Assembly (NCBI RefSeq): GCF_006345805.1
Contig: NC_043001.1
Coordinates: 620,001-684,000, forward strand
Origin: Octopus sinensis
Lineage: Eukaryota
Length of the DNA: 64,000 nucleotides
Direction: 5' to 3'
A program made the translations under genes and the position numbers. The notes under the pieces were generated by a model. The model saw nothing but the letters and a program-made list of their open reading frames with translations, was not told where the DNA came from and did no database searches. The number at the start of each line of letters is the position of its first letter. Positions within the stretch are counted from its first letter, which is position 1. This document shows positions 1-12,108 of the stretch, one piece after another.

Positions 1-213
1 ATATATGAGCATATCTAGATACACAACTATATGCATGAGAATGCATACATAAAACATACAAATTCTGCACATACATACATACTTACATACATACAAACAA
101 ACAAACAAAAATACCCTGTTGTTGATGTTGGAATCCCTATGAAGGAGCCTTGGGTCTAGGTTAGAAACTGGCTCTTTCTCTGTAGACAAAAAGTCTTGAA
201 ATAAAACTGAATA
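1..213 (+). mobile_element. 3' UTR/tail of an R4/Dong-like non-LTR retrotransposon (runs off the window start)
   Basis: Bases 1-95 closely match 55945-56040 (atatatgagcat.tctagatac.caactat.tgcatgagaa...catacatac), which directly follows an RLE-type ORF end. Confidence 0.6.
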
Positions 214-1364
214 ATGACATACATGCATATATTACATTCATACGTATACATGTGTTTTTGTGTCTGGAAGTGTATATATCTGCCTGTTTGTCTGCTTATT
301 TCTCTTTATTTTTGCAGTAGTGTCTTTCCTAATGTCTATCATTTTTTTTTTAGGAAAAATGAAGTAGAAAATGATTCAGCTCATTTTTGTCATTTAAAAT
401 TTATCGTAAGTAAATTATATTATGTTTAGGGCATTCTATAATATGTAATGTATATAATATTATAATTGTTTGTAGTAAATTCTATAATTTATATATAATT
501 CAATAAGAAAGAGCAACATTCAATGTAAATACTTGGTTGGATGTCTTCAGATCACAACCTTTTGATTTGGAAAAGAAATGACAGTGAATATTAAATAATG
601 TAGTCCTAGCTACACTATGCTATGCTTAGTGGGTAAAAAAGGACGAGATGGTCACACTTTAGAATGGTCTGCTTAATCTGAGCTGAGCAGGAACTTAAAC
701 AAACCAGTTGAAAAATAGTGTGGCAAAAATACAACAAAAGCAAGAAACAAAGAATTCTTAAAAGTTTAGGAAAGTGGAGAAAGTATTTCTATCTTTTTTA
801 CTGGCTGCTCATATTTATTGCAGATAATTATTTTCAACCTCCTTTGATTTGAATGTCTACTTGTTTATAGTGTTTGATTTTGTTGCACAGAAATCAATGT
901 TTACCTCAATGAAAACGTATTACAAGTTGATAGTGCTCAGAATTTTACATTCAAGCCCTAAGAAGATGAAAGTAATGGACAAGTGTTATCAGATAAATGA
1001 TAATGGAATATTGACTGACAATGAACAAACACTATCAGATAAATGATATGAGATATTAACAAACAAATAAGGAGCAAAGTGATGGAGATTATAGACATTA
1101 AGAAAAAAAATAATCTAACAATGAAGTTTATCAGACAAATAATGATAAATAAATCCTTTTATGGCCTAGATGAGGATGGGTCTGTGAGATTAGTGACGGA
1201 AATGGAGGGAAAACTCATTGATTGCAGTAGGAAATGGCCCATCAGACTTGCTTTCAGAGACGGTTTTGCAGAGGCAAAACCTGCTCTGAAAGCTTGCAAC
1301 AAAATAGATTCTACTTGTATAATTTAAGGACCCACCAGGCCGAGCAAAATTACAGCTGTGGCAG

Positions 1365-1646
1365 ATACTGGTGTCATGCAAATTGGAACCTGTACCTTGT
1401 GCTAGTGGTACACAAATGTACCCCAGTGTCACACAAATGACATCCATGCCAGTGGCATGTAAAAGCACCCATTACACTCTTGGAGTGGTTGGTGTTAGGA
1501 ATGACATCCAGCCATAGAAAACTATGCCAAATCAGACTGGAGTCTGGTGCAGCCTCCTGGCTTGCCAGTCCTCAGTCAAGCCACCCAACCCATGCCAGTA
1601 TGGACAATGGACATTAAATGATGATGATGATGATGATGATGATGAT
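1365..1646 (+). mobile_element. RTE LINE 3'-end fragment with (GAT)n tail
   Basis: aaaagcaccca.tacactct.ggagtggttgg...aacccatgcca...ggacattaaatgatgatg matches the 3' end of the RTE at 44988-48150. Confidence 0.8.
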
Positions 1647-1699
1647 GGTGCCAAAGCTAGCAATGGATTAAATCTTCTGCCCTGAGCAAGTATTATTGT

Positions 1700-2056
1700 A
1701 TTCTTTTATCCTTTTCTTGTTTTATTCATTAGACTGTGGCCATGCTGGGGCACCAACTTTAGTTGAATGAATCAACTCCAATATTTTTTTTATGTCTATT
1801 TCTTACTCTGTCATTCCTTTTGCTGAACTGCTAAGTTATTGGGATGTAAACACACCAACGCTGGTTATCAAATTATAGTGGGGGACAAACACAAACACAC
1901 ACACACAACGGGCTTCTTTCAGTTTCTGTCTACCAAATCCATTCACAAGGCTTTGGTAGGTCTGAAGCTATAGCAGACGACATTTGCCTGTAGTGCCTTG
2001 TAGTGGGACTGAACCTGGAAGCAAACTTCTTACCAGATGGCCATGCCGTGCCTATA
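1700..2056 (-). mobile_element. tRNA-derived CORE-type SINE with internal CA/TG microsatellite
   Basis: Reverse complement matches the plus copy at 54525-54972 (ggttcagtccca B-box-like head, ggcaa.tgtc central motif, ccccagcatggccacag tail). Confidence 0.7.
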
Positions 2057-2413
2057 CCATTCTGTGTAATTTCCATCCATATCAGTGAGAAGCTTGTGTA
2101 AAAAAATAACTGTTCTGGGTCCTGTGCAACATGAATAAGCCCAGAACCACATACTTGCAAAGTGGTTTTATTAACCACAGTGCCAAGAGTGCCATTTGCA
2201 AAGAGCAACAAATAAAGATTTATTGATATCGGAAAAAAAAGGAGTGTCTGGGAGAGAGTGAAAGTTAAGAGAAGATAAATAAGAAGAGACAAATTATTGG
2301 AAGGAATAAATAATTACTGGCTGTTTACATGTAAAGAATAAGGTCATGCAACAAGTCAGAAATAACTGGAATCTGTTGCTAAGTAAATAAATAACAAAAA
2401 GTGTATATGAAAA

Positions 2414-2610
<197 letters not shown>

Positions 2611-2924
2611 TACTTTGTGTAGTCATGTAATATATTATTTGTTATGGGGTTATGGCATATAACCAGTCAGAAAGTTACCATTGATTTTGCATTTATCATT
2701 GCACTTGGCAATAGAGATGATTCAGAAGACATGCTGGCCACAAGCACACAGCTTTTTACAGTCTTGGTCTGGCTGGTTTTTTCGCCTCCAAACTGCCCGA
2801 GACTGTATATTTACCCGCATCAGTAAAGCAGCCATAACCAAGGATATCCTGACTGCTCAAAATTTCTTTTAGAGTGCTTTTTTTCTGACTTATGGAAAAT
2901 TGACCAAAATATGCATTTAATACT

Positions 2925-3168
2925 AGGGTGGTGAGCTGGCAGAACCATTAGCACGCTGGGCGAAATGCCAAGCGGTATTTCGTCTGCCCGTCTGCCGTTA
3001 TATTCTGAGTTCAAATTCTGCCGAGATCAACTTTGCCTCTCATCTATTCAAGGTCAATTAAATAAGTACCACTTACACACTGGAGTCAATGTAATCGACT
3101 TAATCTCTTTGTCTGTCCTTGTTTGTCCCCTCTATGTTTAGCCCCTTGTGGGCAAATAAAGAAATAAA
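2925..3168 (+). mobile_element. tRNA-derived SINE with Meta-type central domain
   Basis: Head gagctggcagaacc.ttagcac...gagttcaaattc (A/B-box like), core actttgcct.tcatc...gtcaat.aaataagtacca, A-rich tail. Related copies near 8170, 26005, 42740, 50580 and 52110-52980. Confidence 0.75.
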
Positions 3169-3901
3169 AAATATATACATTTAATGCGCTTCCTACAGTC
3201 TTCATCTCCCAGATTCACTCACAAGCTGTTGATCATGGCTACAATAGAAGATACTTGCTTATGGTAGTTCACAGGGGAATTGATCCCAAAACCACTTGAT
3301 TGCAAAGTGAACTTCTAAACTACACAGCTAAGCTTGTCCTAATATTAGAACAAAGCTAGCAATGTCAGGGAATTGGGTCTGCCAAAGAGACTGGTGTTTT
3401 AGTTTATTAATTTCAGAGGGATGAAAGGTTAAAATGATGCAGGTGTGATTCAAATTCAGGTGTAAAGAACCGGAATAAATATTGCCACTTCGTTTACCGC
3501 TTTAACAACAGAACCAAAATATAACTACAACAGCAACAGCAATAAAACAAAATCTTGACAATGAAAGCAAAAATTCTTGGAATTACTAAGTATGATTAAA
3601 AAAAAGTTATGAACAAAAACATACAAAACTGTTGCAAGGTTCACAACATTAGTCACAGACCCTCAGACATCGCTTTACAAGATACAGCTCGCATCATAGG
3701 CAAGACTCTTTCATTTCAGTTGCACAGCTCAAACAGAACCACCTTTGCATTCAACACTCCCTGTTTATGATAGCCATCCAATAAAATAACACAAAACATT
3801 CTCATCATCACCAATAGCTGACACTACTATGACCCCTACAACTTAAACAAACCCCTTTCTACATAAATGCTACACAGATCATACTTCACACAGACACACT
3901 G

Positions 3902-3934
<33 letters not shown>

Positions 3935-4354
3935 TAAAACCTGACTCAATGCCAATTACACAACACATTTAAAACATAATTCAAACTGTCTTTTATAGTC
4001 TTTGAAACAAATAAAACACTAAAACAATACCGGAAACAACAAGCCAAACTCACAATGGAGCAAAACTCATATACAAATGTCTCAGCAATACGATGAGAAG
4101 CACCTGATGGTGTATTGGGAACAACTCACACAAAGAAGACGAAGAAGCTGATGCTAAGGATGGTTTCTAACAAAGGCAGTAGGCTAAACATTTTGGAAGG
4201 AGACAGTTATATCAATCCCTAGTTCTAAACTAGGTAAATAAAAGTCTGAAAGAGGCTGAAAGTCAAAGTCAATGTCTTATGTCAGAAGGGAAAAGACATA
4301 ACTAAATATTGCAAGACATTTTATCTAACGTTTCAATGATTCTACAATAATAAC

Positions 4355-4438
4355 AACACAAGAAAAGATAATTAAATAATTAAACACAAGAAAAGATAAT
4401 TAAACAATTAAACACAAGAAAAGATAATTAAATAATTA
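4355..4438. repeat. 28-bp minisatellite x3
   Basis: aacacaagaaaagataattaaataatta three times, one substitution. Confidence 0.9.
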
Positions 4439-4494
4439 AAAACACTCCAGTATACATGCATGCATGTGCACCCCCATCAGAAAAACAAAAAGAG

Positions 4495-5560
4495 AGAATA
4501 CCAGAATCTTCCAGAGAGATTCTTTGTTCCCTCTTCTCATCTGTCTTTGTACTGGACCCATTAACAAATCCACTGAATGACACCACCAATGGCTTTAAAT
4601 CCTGTTGACAAACTATAAACCATCACCTTGGTGTGTGTGACTTAAAAAAAGCACCTTACAAGAGATAATACTTATTTGGAAAACCTAACAGACGTTTTTC
4701 CTGAATTCAGCCGATGCTTAAAAAGAATAAGTATTGGATTAGACAAGTGTATAAAAACTATAAAAAGAGGCACGCAAATTGAAACAAAGCTTTAAATTAA
4801 ACACAGGCTTTGAACTAGAGAATTAGACTAGAAACAGAGTAAATAGAATTGATGAGATATAACAAACAGAAATGGAGAAAATTAGAAGAAAGTTCTATAA
4901 AAAAAGTCAGACTAAAAGTTTTAAAAAATGACATGATTAACAAAAGCTGGAGAGAAGCTGTGTAAAGTGTCATAATCTATCAGAAATGTAGTATTCTGTG
5001 TGTATGAAATGATGGAGAACAAATGAACTAAGAAGTAGCTATGAGAGAGATTAGGTGTAGTATGCAAGAGAGAAGATGACATTTGGTAAAGAAATAGCAA
5101 GAGATGCAAGAGGAAGTAATTTGCAGAAGAGGAAGACCTAAGGAGACATAGGCAGAAGAGGAAAGACATAGGCAGAAAGCTGTTCTTAAAACATGACAGA
5201 AGCAATGAATGACTTCAGCAAGTGGGCAGATGATGTGTTCAAGGAAACCCATCCAACTTTTTTATCCACGGAAAAAAATAAGTGGACATCAAAAAGAAAC
5301 GAGAAAGATGAACTTAATGTTACAAATAATACACAGTAGCTTCAACAGAAAAACAAGAAAACTATTTAGAGCCTTGTGAAGCCACCACCCCAAAGTTGAT
5401 GTAAGTAGAATATACCCAGCGAATACATAAGGGGGCATGAGGTGTGCAAATAGAGAACAATTACAAAATAACAACAGTGGGACCAGAGAAACATGTAGAA
5501 CCTAAGAAAACACTCCAATCTTTTCTGTGAGTTGGAACAAAGCCAGACTTTGGGGGATGT
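4495..5560 (+). pseudogene. decayed R4/Dong-like reverse transcriptase fragment
   Basis: Conceptual translation gives IFQRDSLFPLL (cf. GIFQGDSLSPLL), INHHLGVCDLK (cf. INHLLYMDDLK), GLDKC and HPKVDVSRIYP...GG, with many stops. Confidence 0.6.
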
Positions 5561-5862
5561 GTACAGTTTGGTTAGACTGATCCTAATACTTGATGGCACT
5601 TATCTTATTGACTTTGAAAGAATGAAAAGTAAAGTTAAATTTTTAATTTGGTCACATAATCAGTAGATGGGGGGGGGGTAATTGATACCATAATTCCCTT
5701 AGTACATGACTGGCACTTTATTTTTACAACTCTGGAAAAATGAAAGGCAAAGTTGATTTTCGCAGGATTTGAACTCAAAATATAAAGAGCAAGTACAAAT
5801 ACCACAACAAGAGATTTTGTCTGGTTCTCTACCAATTTTGCCAACTGCCACCTTGACAACAA

Positions 5863-6973
5863 CACTGGCCAATGATTTTTTTTTTCTCTGCTGTAAAAAA
5901 GCTTGCACCAGGACAAGGATTTTTTGACACACAATTTGGAAATGAAATCCATTTATTACCATCACATCAAGATTCTAAGATACTGAATCCATTGAACTGC
6001 ATTGCATTTTTTTTTTTAATAAAACAGCTTATGAGGAATAAGGTATAACATACAAATATACATAGAAATTAGTTTTCTGAAAATTCTTCTGGAAAAACTA
6101 GTAAACATCTTAAAATTCCCACAGACAGATTACATCATTGTTTATGCCTTTCCCATAAATTCACATTTGTCTGGTTTTCTTGAATACTGAACCTCAGGAA
6201 GATTAAAAGCCAAGTTCCAGCAATTGCCACCATCATATGCAAGTCCCATCTGCCATTGATTTTTATGCCCTGTTGAAACCGTTCGCCCTGCTCGTCAATT
6301 GTAGTTCTCTGCACCAAAATTGTGTACTGCACATATTGGTTCCCAACCTTTGAAAGTTCTGCAGCCTGGCATAGTTAGCAACATTCTTGTTAACCCAGCG
6401 AGCCAGTTTTGACTATTACAAATGAATTCTATGCTGCTGCTTCAATGCAATTCATTGAATTTACAAAGTTCTTGTCTTTCATTAATCTCCTGATTTGAGG
6501 CCCATCAAATACTCCAGCTTTTATCTTTTCTTTCCTCATACAGGAACATGTACAACAGATATATTGAAAACATGGTCCACCTTTATCAAGAACTTTAACA
6601 AACTGGTTTATAATGCCAAGTTTGATATGGGGTGGAGGTAGGATGATTTTTCCTGATTGAACTAAAAGCTCTTCAACTACATTCAAAAACTCTGGAACTA
6701 ATTTTTTGCTGTGGCCATTCTTGGATCACCCAATGGTTTTCTCTGGCTCAATTATCCTGTGCACCTAAAAAGCATGGATATTTGATGTATTCACTTTGTT
6801 ACCCAAGGAGAAAATCCACCATCTTAAAGCCCATGTATATCATCCACTGATGGATGGGATTGGGGACATCTTGAAATCTAGACATGATGGTAAAAAATGG
6901 ATTCCATTTTTGGATTTAGCATACCAAAAAACCTTCTAAAACATCCTGACAACAAAATACCTGTTGGGTTGTG
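5863..6973 (-). mobile_element. internally deleted Chapaev3-like (CMC) DNA transposon, transposase remnant with both termini
   Basis: Minus-strand peptides HQWMIYMGFKMVDFLLG*QSEYIKYPCFL, LPPPHIKLGIINQFVKVLDK, KIKAGVFDGPQIRRLM and DEQGERFQQ. Ends are CACTGGCCAATG (5863) and TGTTGGGTTGTG (6973), with a shared subterminal inverted motif ga..tgatggtaa.aaatggatt.catt. Family name is from memory of these motifs. Confidence 0.7.
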
Positions 6974-6983
6974 TAATTGTAAT

Positions 6984-7545
6984 AATGTCCTGATGTAATA
7001 CCAAACAGTAACTCTCATGGCTCCTGATCTTAACTGATTGGAAGAGCTATCATGTGCACATTTTATCTGGGTGTAAAAGATGGGCTACATCATATATTCT
7101 GCTCAATACCACAGATTTGCTTATCAGCTGCTAAACCATAACTAGTTGAGCATATCCCTTAATGGTTGATGATATGTGCATCTCTGATCAGGAGCAGTAG
7201 TTGAGAGGTATCATAATCATGTGTTGAAAGTTATTCTTTGGGGTTTGAATAATTCACCTCTAGAAACATGGGTGCTTTGTTCAACATCCTTAAATAAATC
7301 TTATTCAGGGACCTCCAAGTGGGATGGTCTACTCAACCTAAAGAAAATTCTAACTGGGCCCCCACCTGTAAGGTCATGCAGTGTTTATCTTCATACGAGA
7401 TCACCATGTTGTGCACATGTGGTTGTGATGTATGTGCTTGGTGTACCCTTATCAGATGGGTAGCCATGATGGGTATACTGGGCTTTGTATATTTGTACCT
7501 CGGTGTCACTTTGATAGCATGCACTGCTCTCTCACTCAATGATAA
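6984..7545 (-). repeat. ~560-bp interspersed repeat, probably a LINE-derived 3' region
   Basis: GC-richer block bounded by AAT-type repeats that I recognise as a recurrent octopus repeat. No convincing protein. Confidence 0.4.
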
Positions 7546-7759
7546 TGATGATAATTAATAATGATAATAATACCTTTTAATTTTAAATTGAAATGATTTC
7601 TTACACTTGCAATTGTCCATGAGCTATTGGGGAGAGGAGCATAGATGATAGTGCTAAGTTCACCGTGTAACCATCAGAAGGGCCTTGGTAGGGTAGGAGC
7701 TCAGAACATGAGAAAATTAAAAACCACTAGGTATTTTCCCAGCACTTAGTCTACAACTT

Positions 7760-7827
7760 ACAGCAGCAACAGCAGCAGCAGCAGCAGCAGGAGCACCACC
7801 ACCACCACCACCACCACCACCACCACC

Positions 7828-7858
<31 letters not shown>
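7760..7858. repeat. compound (CAG)n(CAC)n(CAA)n microsatellite
   Basis: Directly visible; a similar compound tract lies at 8570-8643. Confidence 0.95.
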
Positions 7859-8575
7859 CTTTGCAATTAAAAATAATGAGAGACAAACAGCAAAAAATAA
7901 CGTGTAATAGATAAGGGATAAGAAGTAATGAGAGAGATAAGCAGTAACAAAGATTATCATGTTGTCTTAAACAAAGGGAGAAGAACTGAGAATAAATTCG
8001 GTTGCTAGATGCACCAACTCTAGAACCTGATATCTCAAGGAGTTGCTTCTAGGTAGTTGCTTGACTTGCTTGAAATAACAGTCGACTCTTCCTCCACTCC
8101 ACCCAACTCACCCTAGTAGCTTGGGAAAGATATGGTAAATGGAAGTTGTAGTATTAGGTAATGGCAAAGGCAGCAGATTGGCAGAGTCGTTAGCATGCCA
8201 GGCAAAATGCTTCATGGCATTCTGTCTGCCTTCAGGTTTTGAGTTCAAATTCCGTTGAGGTTGACTTTAATTTTCATCTTTTCAGGGTTGATAAAATAAG
8301 TATTAGTTGAGCACTGGAGCCAATGCAACCAACCTAAACCCCACTCCACTCGAAATTGCTCGGGTATCCCATCGACGGTCGGGCTGTCATCTGTGTGATG
8401 TACTTCTATCCTATGTCTGTGGATGAGTGACCACTGGACCTGTGGCTCAGCCACAAACCCGGCAGCCCTGGAGTTGGCTTTGCAGTTGCCAGAGACCTAG
8501 GTGGCACCATCCACCAGTGAAATATTTTTGATCTTAATTTTCAGTTCGATCAGAACTAATAGGGACCTAACTACC

Positions 8576-8607
<32 letters not shown>

Positions 8608-8739
8608 CAACAGCAGCAGCAGCAGCAGTAACAACAACAACAGTTATAAATAGATTCTGCAGAAGCTTAAGACAAGAATTTATCCAATGTTAGATACATT
8701 CCCGATTGATATTTTAATGTAATCATTAAAATATTTGAC

Positions 8740-9075
8740 TAGATCAAGCTAACCAGACAGTCTAACCATGACCATCCCATATTTCAGAAATGTTGAGGAA
8801 TTATCTAATGTGTCATTTATATTTTTAAACTTGTAATTTCAAAGAGATTTGGCTGCTCTTTCTCACAAGCTGAGAGACCATGTGGATGGTCCCTCAGTAA
8901 CTAGAGTTGTTGTTATTGTTTTAGCTGTGTGAAGATATTTCCAGTTGTGACCACCCCATCGCTTTTGGAGAAAAGTCTATGGCAGCATTATTAATATGTC
9001 CTTTCCTTATCTAAGATGTTAGGAGGTTATTTGAGGGAGATTTAGTTGCTGTTTATTGCTGGTTAGCCAACCGCA
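8740..9075 (+). repeat. two adjacent copies of an abundant ~170-200-bp short interspersed repeat
   Basis: Motifs ccatgaccatccc...attatctaatgtgtc...gagatttggctgct recur near 490-700(-), 9620-9820(-), 13705-13910, 18030-18200(-), 31515-32020, 34490-34680(-), 35860-36050(-), 40600-40800, 41585-41815(-), 61065-61230 and 61950-62160. Confidence 0.65.
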
Positions 9076-9992
9076 TACATACAAAAGTTGTGGCATTCAT
9101 CTTTTCCCTCTGTCACCAAGAGTTGTAGGGCAACGGCTTTCATCTTCACCCTTTGTGACTAAAACCTGTCATTATTCCTTTCTAGTAGTGACACCACAAA
9201 ATTAGATCGTCGTCATCATCAACATCAATTAATGTCCATTTTCCTTGCTGGTATGGTTGGACAGGAGGTGGCAAATTGGAAATGGATGGTTCAGTTAATT
9301 TAGTCAACTCCAGAAATTAACTGGAACTTTAGTTCATAGAAACTGAGGCGATGGAAAGTGAGGTTGGTCATGGAAGGATTTGAATTCAGAATATAAAGGG
9401 TTGTTATTAAATGCCTTATTGGTTTTAGTTCAATAACAATAACAACAGCAGCAGCAGTAGCAATAGCAACAACGATTCTATTAGTGTACCACTGTAAGAT
9501 GCAATTGAAATTGAGGACCCATCATGCAATTTTTCAGATCATCAATTAATAACAATTTAATATCATCCATTGTAAAGTGCTGAACAGTTAGTTTGGTTGT
9601 CAAGCATGGCCGAATGAGGGAGCTTTTATGTAGCTGCTCGACCTGCTATAAATAGCAGCTAAATCTCCCTCAAATTATACACAATTACTTTTGAAAAGAC
9701 AGAATCACTGGACAGTGTGATTCTAGATTCATTTTACTAGTGAGAAAGATAGGATAGTCATATCTAGAACACCTACATCAGAGGTCTACTGATAAGGGTT
9801 GACCCAACACTATAACAACAACACCTGAAAACTATCGATTTTCATGAAATATTACAATCAAAGGTGTTGGAATTATTTCCATTGCTTTTATTTTTTTAGA
9901 CGTTTTTGTCTACTTATTGCTTATATATTTTTGGATGATTGAAGATGTCAACTCACAGTATCAACATGTGAGGCTCTACCATACATGGCACG

Positions 9993-10037
<45 letters not shown>

Positions 10038-11867
10038 ACAAGTTACATTCCTCAGTTGGCACTGAAGACCAGATCCATTGCAACCTACATTATCTGCTCT
10101 GTCCTCATTGCTAGAGCTTTTTGTCAACTACTTGCTGGGACAATCTCAGGTATCAAAGTTTGTTCATAGCAAATCTCCAGTGACAGAGGGAAAACTATTT
10201 GCAATCAGTCCCAATGACATAAACTCACACCTGCAGATTTGATTATTTGAGAGCCAATCAGCAATATGTCTCTTCAGTAACATCAGAATCATCGGCAGTA
10301 CCGTACCAGTGAATTGCTAGCTTGGCAATGACAAAATTCACTGCTGATATTCCTTTTGAAAAAGTTTGCTGCTAAAACTGTTATCTTCTTATGACTGATA
10401 ATAATTTGCTGATAATGGTTGCAATCCCTACATTAAAAACCATTGATATTCACGACTGAATATTTGGTTTTACTGTTTCTAATACAAGTCAAAATTATAC
10501 CAGAAATCATCTACTTCTCCAAATAATGAACTATTCTAATGTTTCAACGGCGGTGCATCAGCATGACCACAGCTCTGAGCTAAAACTAGAGAAAAAAAAT
10601 GCTATTAAAATAATACATACTTTTGCCTTTTAGAACCCCTCACCTTACAGAACATCACTGGTTCTTTTTTTAGGGCCTCTCTCTACAGAACCATGCCTTG
10701 ATGGCTCTTGCATTTAGTAACTGATCACATTTGAGCAAGATTTTTTCTAATTGCTCCAACTTCTCTTCTGGGTTTTTAACCATCACCTCATAATGACAGT
10801 TTCACCAACAGTTTGACTCCAGCTTGTTTGTCCTTTGCTGTCGTAGCTCACATATCTGCAAACAAAATTACACAGCTCAATTCACTGACCATCACAGACT
10901 GCTGTAATTTTGCTTCTCATTATGCATCAGCTAATTAAGTTGTAATGGTAAGTGGAAGCCACAAGTCAATCGGTAAACACCAGCCAGGCAGCTTACTTCT
11001 GCCAATGATGCAACTGATTATTCTCAGCTATGCAGCTCGCTTACAACTTTTCTGTAGACTAGTTTTGTAGCAGGCAGCTACATTGCCAGGATAGAAATGA
11101 CATGCATTCAGCCATGGTATATGAAGAACTAACAGCCTTACTAATCACAAGCCACTTGCAGCTTTATCATCAGCTCTCACAAGCTACACAGCTTTTGTTT
11201 CTCTGCATGGACGATGCCAATTTTGAAGAAAACCCTTCATTCGGCAAGCTGCATATGAAGCACATTCTTAGCTGAAAGTTCTTCGCTGAATGGATACCCA
11301 AAGTAGCAACTCATTTCTGCCAGTTCCTGCAAAAAAGAGGCTTATTCTCTTTCATTTTCACCAAAGCAAAATTGTGTGGCATTTAAAATGAACTTGCATT
11401 CATGCTTCTACATAAAACGTTGCTTCTATCAATGATGACATTTTAAAACCTGATCCAACTTTGTAGTCTCACTCTTTCATATCAACACATGGACTGCTGT
11501 TTATATTACTTTGAAGTGTTGTTTTAATTAATTTGAATAATTTTCCCAACACATCGATAAGACAACTCTACAATACAGAAGGAAAAAGTAAAGTAAAATG
11601 TGTGTGTGTGTGTTCATTTAAGGCTATTTCCATGAAGACATGGCTTGGAAGAGAATTGATTTTGAGGCAGGAGATGCTTTTCCTGCCACTGATTTTCACC
11701 TGATTTTCATGTATGAGATTTTATATCATTGTGATCTCTGGGCAACTACCTTCATTATTTTCTATAAGTGAAAGAACTTAGAGAATGATAGTGTGAACAA
11801 GTCTGGTATTAAGAAAAAATAAGACACTACAAGGGTGGGTGGGTAAGAATGAAATAATTTTATAGAT

Positions 11868-12108
11868 GATCGTTACCAGCGTCGCCTTAGTGGCACTTGT
11901 GCTGGTGTGTAGGTGACATGTAAAAAAAAAATAACCTTTGTTTTTTTTTGTGGTTGTTGCCAGTACTGCCTGACTGGCCCTCGTGCAGGTGACACGTAAA
12001 AGCACCCACTACACTCTCGGAGTGGTTGGCATTAGGAAGGGTATCCAGCTGTAGAAGCTCTGCCAGATCAAGATTGGAGCCTGGTGCAGCCATCTGGTTC
12101 GCCAGTCC
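11868..12108 (+). mobile_element. RTE LINE 3'-end fragment
   Basis: aaaagcacccactacactctcggagtggttggc...catgctagcatggaaagcgg.cgttaaacgatgatgat. Confidence 0.85.

Noticed and set aside
139-174. Hammerhead-like ATGAAGG-AGCCT..AGGTT-A-GAAA-CTGGCTC in the R4-like 3' UTR
   Set aside because: Positions 3 and 8 do not pair, A9 is missing and there is no convincing stem I. Worth rechecking only on a family consensus.
2925-3020. tRNA gene
   Set aside because: A/B-box-like head without a cloverleaf, continuing into a SINE core; many diverged copies.
7760-7858. PolyQ/polyH-like coding tract
   Set aside because: No open frame context or splice signals; the same compound repeat recurs at 8570 and 32838.
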